The notes below the pieces were generated by a model that had not been told where the DNA came from, did not search any database, and saw only the letters and a list, made by a program, of their open reading frames with translations. Positions 1 through 9,304 of a stretch of DNA of 64,000 bases are shown here, in pieces (positions within the stretch are counted from its first letter, which is position 1; every line of letters starts with the position of its first letter). The stretch is from NCBI GenBank assembly GCA_016748015.1, contig JAAOMT010000054.1:124001-188000 (forward strand). The letters are read 5' to 3'. The DNA comes from Geosiphon pyriformis uo1 (lineage: Eukaryota; Fungi; Glomeromycota). The position numbers and the translations under genes are program-made.

Positions 1-1015
1 ATTATAAACAAAGATAAGACTAATCTGAATGACAACTTAAAAGACATAGAAAACTCTGAATTGGGACTTTCAAGCAGAATAATAAGTCCAAGTTCAAACC
101 AATATAGTAGTAAATCACTTGGCAAAAAATCCATGTTTATGGAACCAAACTATAATAAAGAATGGAAAACTGTGGTCTATAGAACCAAAAAACATGTGCT
201 TTTTGTGCAGGCATTGGATATACCAGAAAAGATTATGAGAAAGAAAGTTGGGTGGATCTACAATCTTTTGGGAGATGTTAGTTACCTTTTGAGGGCTGTA
301 ATAGTAAAGAACCAAGAAATTTGAATGGATTTCTTTCAAATAGTTGGAAGGGATCAGGCCAAAGAAATTCTGACAAGTAAAGAAATTGAATCTTTTTTAA
401 TGGCTACTGATGACATTACCAACCAAATGGCTGGTCAAAGAAAAGTCTTGGTAAAAAATATCCTCTTAGGCATCTCAGACAAAAAAGTGGAAGCTGCCAT
501 GAAAGAATTTGGCAAGATAAAAAATGTTCAAATCAAAGTGGCTGGAAAATGGCAATTAGCAGTGGTTGAATATAACAACCAAGAAAAAACAGAGCTGTAA
601 ACCAATGGTCAACCATGGTAAGAAAAGATACAGTCAGAATTTACCCAATGATTAAAATCCAAAAGGTTATTGAGCAGAGAAAAACCTGAGAAGCTAAACT
701 AGTAGGTTTACCACAGAACTATACTGTTTACTACTTGAGCACTATTCTGGATCAGATCAAAGCCTGATCCTGTTTCATCTCAAGAACCAGCAAAAATTAT
801 ACAAGGATGGATTGTGCTTATATAGAATTTAACAGTGAAACTAGTTGCAATAGTACTATCATGAAGCCCTTAGTAATTGAAGACATACTAATTTACTAAG
901 TGTCTACTAATGCCAAAGAGTGCCATTTTTGTTACCAGATAGGACATCTGGTTTTCAAATGTCCAACTTTGCACAAGAAAAAAAAAAAAGACACCAAGAA
1001 AGTTTCTAACAATAT
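1..1015 (+). mobile_element. LINE family L-A copy 1, ORF1 region (2 RRM-like domains + CCHC knuckle), degenerate; starts before the window
   Basis: ORFs 61-324 and 325-600 (KVLVKNILLGISDKKVEAAMKEFGKIKNVQI..WQLAVVEY) and CHFCYQIGHLVFKC at ~920-963. Colinear with 33835-34984 + 45059-45733, which leads into APE/RT. Confidence 0.85.
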
Positions 1016-1714
1016 TGTTACAGTTGAAACTCATAGTTTTTATTAGTTATCACATATATTAGCCATTAATGTCATGTAATTAGCCAACCTATTTTTAGAT
1101 AGTAATCATTGACCTGATCAATGACCTGACCATTGACTTGATCATTGACCTAATCATTGATCTGATCATTGATCTGGTTATTGACCACTTTTCATAGCTA
1201 TATAAGCAATGAGTCTCTTAGCTGTAGAAAAGTATGTTCCCAACAATTAAAGAAATATAATAAAACAACTTTCATCTCAAAAATTTTCTTATTGCTAATT
1301 TTCCTTTCCCTATCTTCAAGTATCTAAACATCTTTTGGATAAAAAATCTCTTGTTGGTGTTTATCTGCCTTTTCCTGAAATGATTAAACAAAGTATTTGA
1401 AGATTATTGAATAAAACATAACTGAAGAGCACATCTGATACTTGATATTGAATTCTAAGAGCACTGACATAAGGCATAGAATTATACCAAGTGTGATCAT
1501 TTGTTAACAGTATGGACTATCTCTCTACCTTCAGATTCTCCGGTTACCTTTGAAAAATATAGTGACTAAAATATTTTATGAGACTAATCTTGCACATTGA
1601 ATCCATACTTATTCAATTTGCTCTTTGAAGTTGAATTCCTCTTTGATTATTTCCATCACCCTACAATCCTGTTCTCCTTTGCTATCCATTAGCTTGTTAC
1701 TCCAACCCATAACA
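1016..1714 (+). repeat. 5' LTR of A1
   Basis: Direct repeat of 8043-8777, followed by the PBS. Confidence 0.95.
1105..1205 (+). promoter_or_regulatory. U3 array of ~6 x 13-bp ATCATTGACCTG(A) repeats followed by a TATATAA box (family A LTR promoter)
   Basis: Repeats are visible in A1, A2 and A3 LTRs, with variable copy number. TATATAAG at 1199-1206. Promoter role is inferred from position. Confidence 0.6.
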
Positions 1715-1720
1715 TAAAAG

Positions 1721-1739
1721 TAGTGCTCTCTGTGAGGTT
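1721..1739 (+). promoter_or_regulatory. Primer-binding site, complementary to the 3' end of elongator tRNA-Met
   Basis: TAGTGCTCTCTGTGAGGTT; window consensus TGGTGCTCCCTGTGAGGT. Reverse complement CCTCACAGGGAGCACCA resembles eukaryotic elongator tRNA-Met 3' ends (recalled, not searched). Confidence 0.75.
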
Positions 1740-1766
1740 GTCAAAATTTACTTATTTCCTCATTAT

Positions 1767-3317
1767 ATGAGTGATTATTCATATCTGCCATAGCAATCAG
1801 AAGAACACTTTGCAGCACACAACAGAAATAATTTAGACTTTATTGAACTTAATCCTTTGCCTTTCTGCTTGATCTGCTTTCCTCTTGAAGAACAATCTAG
1901 TAAACAATTCCAAGACTTTTAGAACTGGTTCCTAAACAAGCACTCAGCTGAAACCTATACAGCATATACAACTTATTACTTTGACCAAGCTTATTTTGAA
2001 GACAACTTTGAAAAAAGAAATAATAGCAATCAGCTTTTATACTTCACAACTTTCACACAACAGCCCCCTGATTTCGAATATTTGAATCACCAAATACACA
2101 TTTGGGTTGCTGCTTATCAATCAACTATAACTCTCCTTGAAACAGAAGAAGAAAGTTACCAAACTGCTCCTATTTATGATCTCTTTTTAAGTGAATCAGA
2201 ACATTCCACTCAAACAGTAACTCCTGAACCAATGGCCCAAGACCCCATGCAAGGAAACATTCTGGCCGTCCTTCAAGGCATACAAACTGCTTTGGGGCAA
2301 AGAAACAACACCCCACTACTCTTATTTAGAGGTGATGCTCAAGATCCAATTGAATAGTTGAACGATTTTGAAAAAGCAGCCACTGTAAACCAGTATGATA
2401 ATGAATACAAGTTCCAAATTGTTAGTGGTTACTTCCAAGGCTCCCCTGCTACCTGGTTTTTACAAAAAACCAATGCTGGTGCTCAACAAAAAATTGTTAG
2501 ATGGATCCCAGCAAATATTGAAAAAAACAACACCTCTTTTACTACCTGGTTTGAAAACAAATTCAGAATCCCCATCTTAATATCCAAATGGCATATGGAA
2601 TTAGAAAAAAGAACCCAAGGTCTTGGTGAAGTTGTGACTGAATATGCCAAAGCAATCAGAAAACTCATCAAGCATGTAGACTCTGGTAGAAACTGGACTG
2701 AAGAGCAAAAGATCTACTCCTTCACAAAAGGATTGAGAACTAATTTATTGTATGCTCTTTGGCCTTTTTTGGCTTTAAAAAATAATCCCACCATGGATAT
2801 GACCATTAAACTCACCCAAAGAATTGAAGACAATCAAAGAATGCATTTGGAATCCACACTTCCAGTTTTTGCTCCTGCTCCTGTTATGGCTTCTACTCAT
2901 TAAATGACTGCTACTTCTTTTGTTGCCCAGACACAAAATCCAAATGAACAATTAATAGATAGACTTACAGCAAATCTTGCTTGGCTATTAGAACCATTAG
3001 TCCAAGCAGTCAGAGATAACTAGCAACCATAAAGACTCAGATTTAAAAACCGTTTTAATCAGCTCCAGCAACCCCCTTACCAAAAACAGCAAAATTATAG
3101 CCCTTCTGTGTGTTATAGATGTGGATTAACTGGACATTTCTCCAGAGATTGCAACAATCCTCCTTTGCCTCCTCCAGCTCCCAGAAACAATGATAACCAA
3201 AACAACAGAACTATTAACAACAATGCCCCCAATCAAAGACCTAATCATGTCAATATCAATTTCTTTGGAGAGGATCCCCTAATTAAAGCCACTGTTTATT
3301 AGCCTTTAAACTGATAG
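1767..3317 (+). pseudogene. gag: gag of A1 (N-terminal domain, retrotransposon capsid, CCHC knuckle)
   Basis: ATG 1767 is in frame with ORFs 2082, 2358 and 3108. FRGDAQDPIEWLNDFEKAA, QGLGEVVTEYAKAI, CYRCGLTGHFSRDC. Internal stops come from transitions. Confidence 0.9.
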
Positions 3318-3347
3318 GCGCACTTCCAAAAAGTGAGAGTGCAAGCC
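3305..3347 (+). promoter_or_regulatory. -1 ribosomal frameshift signal (U UUA AAC + downstream hairpin)
   Basis: Heptamer at 3305-3311 is in the correct phase, gag stops just after it, and the -1 frame is the pol frame. Same at 50962-50968 in A2. Confidence 0.8.
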
Positions 3348-5998
3348 AACCAGAAGAAAACCTCTTTTATGCTTTTAACTTAACTGATAATGACCATAAT
3401 ATGGATGAACTAGCAATTAACACCTCAAAATCAACAAGGAAGAAGAAGAAAGCCAAGGTTGATTTCGTTTTAGATCTAAATAAACTATCCACATCAACTG
3501 CTGATAATAATGAGCCACCAAAGACTAAAATCATTAAGAATTCTCCAAAGTTGAAATCTCCAGAAATAGTACAAAAATCTGGTTCTTATTCTGTTGTCAA
3601 AGATCTCATAGAAACTCCTGCACACATTACCTTTGGCCAACTAATGACCCACCCACAATTCAGAAAAGATCTCCACAAATCTCTAATTCCCAAGAAGAAA
3701 ACACCAAAAACCAATAAACACTCTTGCCAAGCTAGACTTGCTGACAACAGCAATGTCACCCCATTAATTTGCAAAGCCCAAGTGGCTGGCTATTTTATTG
3801 ACTTGATCCTAGACAGTGGATCATCTGTTAGCATCATTGCCAAACACTTTTTGAAAGCAATTGAAAGAAAGATTGATGAACCTTCCACCCGACCAATAAC
3901 CAATATACATAGTAACAAGAAGAAAGGTTTGGGTATAACCAAAGCTGTTTCTGTCCATATTAATGGCATCAGCATTGAAACTGACATGGAAGTTTTTGAA
4001 ATCAAGGAATACACTATTATTGTTGGAAATGAATGACTCAAAAAAACCAAAGCATTACTTGACTATGAACTTTGTGAACTAACCATCAGATGTGATGAGA
4101 AGCCCATTGTAGTTAAGTGTTGCCACTGGACAACCCCTTCAACACCAAAACAGAATCAGGAAGAAGAACAATCAGAGGAATCAGATGATAAAAAAAGTGA
4201 TAATAAAGAAAAACAAGAGAAACAAAAAGAAACTGCTAAACTTGTCTATACCACCTTCACCAGCAATGGCAAGCCACTGGACAATGTCAAAGCTGACAGA
4301 AAAGGAATCATTGTAAATAGCAAGCTAATCTGCTGGCCCTACTATGATATCCTAAGAAGAACTTTTGACCAGAAGCCTAACAAGAAAGCCAAGTACTGTT
4401 ATTGGTGGCATGGTTCTTGTGCCCGGTACTGGTGTAACCAACTCTTGTATTCTCCAAGTGATGAATACAAATCATGCCTGATCTATTACAAAGATTGGAA
4501 ACCAATCAGTTTAATACCTAGAGAAGAATTGAAAGAAGTTTAAAAGTTTTTTGAAAATGAACCATCTGAGATCCAATCACTAGTTGTAGAACAAAGAGAA
4601 CTCTTTTCAGAAAAAAGAAAAATAGACATTGAAAATCTGCTGGCTAGAAACAGCCCAGTTATCTCAAAAGAAGGTAATACTTCTGGACAAACTCATGTAA
4701 TACAACACACCATCACCACCAGAGAAACTTGCCTCATCCATTTGAAGCCATATCAATCCAATCGGCACAATGATGAGTTTATCAAGAAAGAGATAAACCA
4801 GATGAAAGAACTTGGATTCATACAAAAAACCAAGAGTGAATAGGCTTTTCCAGTTGTAGTAATATCCAAGAAAGGTGGAACCCTATGCTTCTGTGTTGAC
4901 TACCGTCAATTAAATACTATCACTAAAAGAGACATGTACTCACTTCCCAAGATTGATGCAATGCTGGACCAATTCAAAGATGCTGCTTTCTTTTCAACCA
5001 TTGATCTAACTGCTAGATTCTGACAAGTAGAGATAGATCCAGAAAGCCGGAAAAAAACCACCTTCATCACCAAGTATGGCACCTATGAATTCACAGTCAT
5101 GTCTTTTGGTCTTACCAATACTCCTCCCATCTTTCAATACTTAATGGATAAAGTATTTGAATTAGTGAAAGAAAACTTTGTTTTGGTCTATTTGGACGAT
5201 ATAATGGTGTACTCAAAAACCTGGAATGAACACCTTGTACATTTGCAAAAGGTTTTTGATTTTCTCAGAAATGCAGGTCTCAAGATTAACCTGATCAAAT
5301 CTTTTTTTAGAAGACAATCCACCCAATTTCTTGGTCATCTTATCACAAAAGATGGAATTTTTCCTGACCCAGCTAAGATTGAAAAAGTCCAGAACATTAG
5401 ACAACCAATGAATATTCATGAACTATGCTCTTTTCTTGGTTTGGCTTCTTATTATCACAAATTTGTCAAGAATTTCTCCAAAATAGCTGCTCTACTTAAT
5501 CAGCTACTCAGGAAAAACGTCAACTACTATTGGAGCACACACCAACAAAAAGCTTTTAAAACTCTAAAGGAAAAACTAATCACTGAACCAATTCTGAAGC
5601 AACCTAATCTAGATCAACCTTTCATCCTCCATACTGATACATCTGGCTATGGACTTAGAGCTGTTCTATCCCAAAAAGATAAAAATGGCAAAGAACATGT
5701 CATAGCATATGCCAATAGAACTCTCTCACCAGTAGAGCAGAACTACTTGGTAACTGAACAAGAATGCCTGGCAGTAGTATGGGCTACTAGTTATTGGAAC
5801 AAATATCTTTTTGGTGCCAAATTCCTGGTAGTAACAGATCACCAAGCTTTGGTTTGGTTACATAACAAAAAGAAGCTGGAACATAAAAGAATAACTCACT
5901 GGATACTTCACTTGGATGAATTCGACTATGATATTCAACATTGCAAAGAAGCACATTATCAAAATGCTGATGCTCTCTTTAGACTTACCATCCAGTGA
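3305..5998 (+). pseudogene. pol: pol of A1: aspartic protease, acidic/Cys-rich linker, reverse transcriptase, RNase H (no integrase)
   Basis: LILDSGSS, FCVDYRQLN, MSFGLTNTP, VYLDDIMVYS, LHTDTSGYG, TDHQAL, NADAL..LTIQ-stop. Confidence 0.93.
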
Positions 5999-6063
5999 CA
6001 GTACAATTACCTTAAACCAAACCAACCTAATTATTAGTAATTCTCTCACAACCAAACACGATA

Positions 6064-7375
6064 ATGGACTTGGACAACTATTCTGCCTTAATGGAATTTT
6101 TGGGTAAAGGACAATACCCACTGGAATACAATCAACAGCAAAGAAAACATTTGCATAAACAATCAAATTTCTATTTGATCTGCCAGAACCAACTATACAA
6201 AAGAAACAAAAAAATCCTGACTGCCCCCAGAAAGTCATAAGATTTGAAGAAAAAAAAATTGTGATCTACAATATGCACACTGATCCATTAGCTGGACACT
6301 TTGGAAAAACAAAAACAATTCAGAAAACCTTAGCTCACTATTATTGGCCTACCTTGGAAAAAGACATTGCTGAATACATTAAAACCTGCGATACCTGCCA
6401 AAGAAGAGGAAAACCCAATTGCAAAAAAAATATCCATCCAATTTCTGTTGGTCAACCATTTGACAGAATTGGTATAGATGTTGTTGGACTTTTAATAGTA
6501 ACTCTTGATGGCAACAGATACATCATCACAGCTACTGACTATTTTACAAAGTGGGTAGAAGCAAAAGCCATCCCAGATCAAACAGCAGTCTCAATAGCCA
6601 ATTTTATTTATGAAGATATCATTTGTTGTCATGGCTGCTCCAAAGAACTATTATCTGATAGAGGAAGAGCTTTTCTTAATACACTGGTTGAAGAACTTTG
6701 TAGAAAAATAGAAATACATCACAAACTTTCTTCCTCTTATTACTCCTAAACAAATGGCCTAGTAGAACGTTTCAATAAAATACTATGTGAAACCCTAGCC
6801 AAAACAAGTAAAGAAACAAACTTATGAGACAAAGTACTGCTTTCAGCTTTGTTTGCTTATAGAACTGTGAATCATAACATAACAAGTTATGAACCTTTTT
6901 ATTTGCTCTATGAATGAAGACAACACTATTAATAGAAACTGATATTAAGACAATATCCTTTGAAGCGATCACAATAGGGAATTACAAAGACATTTTACAA
7001 AGGAAACTTGGTACCATTCTTGACTCACTTGTAGAAGCACGAATAATTGTCTTTGAAAAGATAAAACAGTTTCAAGAAAAGCTTAAAAAGAAGAAAACTT
7101 ATAAAATACTTTTTTTAAGTATTGGTAACTTAGTTTTGGAATACCACTCAGACAAAGACAATGTCTATGGTAATAAATTCTCTAGCCAATGGAAAGAACC
7201 CTTTATAGTCAACAAAGTTTTAAACAATAGTTCTTATATTCTTCAAAATCAATTCAGAACAATCTTTAATGATCGTCTTGTTTATGGCACATGACTCAAG
7301 AAATATCACAAATGACCTGATTGGTTACCAGTTATAGTAATACTGACCCAAATGATCAGCAAAAACCAAGTATAA
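6064..7375 (+). pseudogene. Stand-alone DDE integrase ORF of A1 (HHCC, rve core, GPF/SH3-like C-terminus)
   Basis: ATG 6064 lies 65 nt after the pol stop. H-TDPLAGH..CDTC, IGIDVVG, TDYFTKWVEA, LSDRG, NGLVERFN. A few small indels. Confidence 0.9.
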
Positions 7376-7416
7376 ATAAATGCACCATTCCCAAAACAGA
7401 GGTATCTTCAATTGAC

Positions 7417-8073
7417 ATGAACAATTATTTTCTGGATCAAAACATTCAAAACGCTTTCTATACTTTTTATGAGTATTGGATTAAAAACTATCCAAATGCT
7501 ACTCTAACTATTGGAAAACAAACTACAATAACTGACAACAGTGGAACACATACTGTTATCAGACCAAAGAAAACAACTACCAGAAGAGAAAAAATTGGTA
7601 GCAAAATGGATAAGTATCTGTTGGAAAGCATAACAGCAGTAATACTTGTATCTTCCACCACAATTAGAAAAATGATTAAAAAAATCTTGCCCATAGACAA
7701 AAACTTGTCATATGGAAAACAACTAGAGCTCTATAGTCGCCTTGGTAAAATCATAAAAGACATGAAGCTCATAAAGAAAACAACTTCTGAGATACAAGTA
7801 GAAATTTTGGACATTATATGATTGGATGTCCCAAAAGTTTTGATCATTGCCAGAAGAGCCAAAACTCTTATACAAAGGTTTGGTCTCTTGGATACAAAGC
7901 TCATTTCATCTTAAGTACTATACACTTTATCCACAAAAAACTTTAACAAATTAGTTAGTTTTGAGTTAGATAAAACTCTTCAATTAGAATATCCCATAAA
8001 TAGTTTGATTTTGCCAGAGCTCAATCTCTTTGGAGAGGATAATGTTATGATTGAAACTTATAGTTTTTATTAG
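7417..8073 (+). pseudogene. ORF3 of family A (~218 codons, unknown function, env position, runs into the 3' LTR)
   Basis: Same frame as ORF 7321-7821. Conserved in A2 (56430-57086), A3 (58962-59592) and A4 (~21709-22366). Confidence 0.75.
8032..8042 (+). promoter_or_regulatory. Polypurine tract of A1
   Basis: GGAGAGGATAA immediately before the 3' LTR TGT. Confidence 0.8.
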
Positions 8074-8777
8074 TTATCACATATATTAGCCACTGATGTC
8101 ATGTAATTAGCCAACCTATTTTTAGATAGTAATCATTGACTTGATCAATGACCTGACTGTTGACCTGATCATTGACCTGATCATTGACTTGATCAATGAC
8201 CTGACCATTAACCTGATCATTGACCTGATCATTGATCTGATTGTTGACCACTTTTTATAGCTATATAAGCAATGAGTCTCTTAGCTGTAGAAAAGTATGT
8301 TCCCAATAATCAAAGAAATATAATAAAACAACTTTCATCTTAAACATTCTCTTATCACTAATTTTCCTTTTCCTACCTTCAAGTATCTGAACATCTTTTG
8401 AATAAAAGATCTCTTGTTGGTGTTTATCTGCCTTTTTCTGAAATAATTAAACAAAGTATTTGAAGATTATTGAATAAAATGTGACTGAAGAGCACATCTG
8501 ATACTTGATATTGAATTCTAAGAATGCCAATGTGAGGCATAAAATTATACCAAGTGTGATCATTTGTTGACAGTATGGACTATCCCTCTACCTTCAGATT
8601 CCCTGGTTACCTTTGAAAAGTATAGCGACTGAGATATTTTATGAGACTGATCTCACACATTGAATTCATACTTATTCAATTCATTCTTTGAAGTTGAATT
8701 CCTCTTTGATTATTTCCATTACTCTACAATTCTGTTCTCTTTTGCTATCCATTAGCTTGTTACTCCAACCTGTAACA
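8043..8777 (+). repeat. 3' LTR of A1
   Basis: Direct repeat of 1016-1714; ends TGTAACA then the TSD. Confidence 0.95.
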
Positions 8778-9141
8778 ATATCAGATTGGCAAAGCTATAT
8801 GTTAAAAAAAAAGTTCCAGAAGAAACTGTCAAGGCCTTTGGTGAGAAATCTTATGCCAAAATGGCTGTACTTAGACTGCCTCATAATTTGAACAACACAA
8901 ATTCAAACAGACTTCAAAGACCTGGTCTACAAGTAAACAATAAAGAAATACAACTGAAAAAAGAGGTTAACCAATCATAGAAGGCTGAAATTAATGAGTT
9001 AAGACAGCAGGTTAATAAAATGGCCAAACTGCTGAATGCAGTAGCTACTAAACTTGGAGTAATAGTGGAAAAAGAAAAAAACATAATAGTTACTTAACAA
9101 CAAAATCACATTTCAGAAAAAAAAAAAGAGATAGAAAATAG
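8778..9141 (+). mobile_element. L-A copy 1 ORF1, continuation after the A1 insertion
   Basis: IRLAKLYVKKKVPEETVKAFGEKSYAKMA matches L-A2 at 45173-45540. Confidence 0.85.
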
Positions 9142-9304
9142 TGTTATGGATTAGAGTAACAAGCTAATAGATAGCAAGGGAGAACAGGATTGTAGAGTGA
9201 TAAAAGGAAACAAAGGAAATTCAACTTTAAAGAGCAAATTAAATAAGTATGGATTCAGTCTTATAAAATATCTCAGTCACTATATTTTTCAAAGATAACC
9301 AGAA

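Larger units (their letters stand above)
1016..8777 (+). mobile_element. Ty3/Gypsy LTR retrotransposon, family A copy A1 (full length, decayed)
   Basis: Paired LTRs TGTTA..TAACA. ATAT TSD at 1012-1015 and 8778-8781; the uninterrupted LINE copy at ~45165 reads aacaATATtagattggc. PBS, gag, PR-RT-RH, IN, ORF3 and PPT are in order. Confidence 0.95.

Noticed and set aside
1105-1186. Regular short repeats as a CRISPR array
   Set aside because: Tandem 13-mers without unique spacers, inside LTRs, with no cas genes and a eukaryotic TE context.
7417-8073. ORF3 as an envelope glycoprotein
   Set aside because: No signal peptide, transmembrane helix, furin site or Cys pattern, and only ~220 codons.
8590-8650. 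Intron-containing tRNA-Met gene on the minus strand
   Set aside because: The split falls at the canonical intron position, but acceptor stem, D arm and T arm (GTTCG) are missing. Treated as tRNA-complementary boxes instead.
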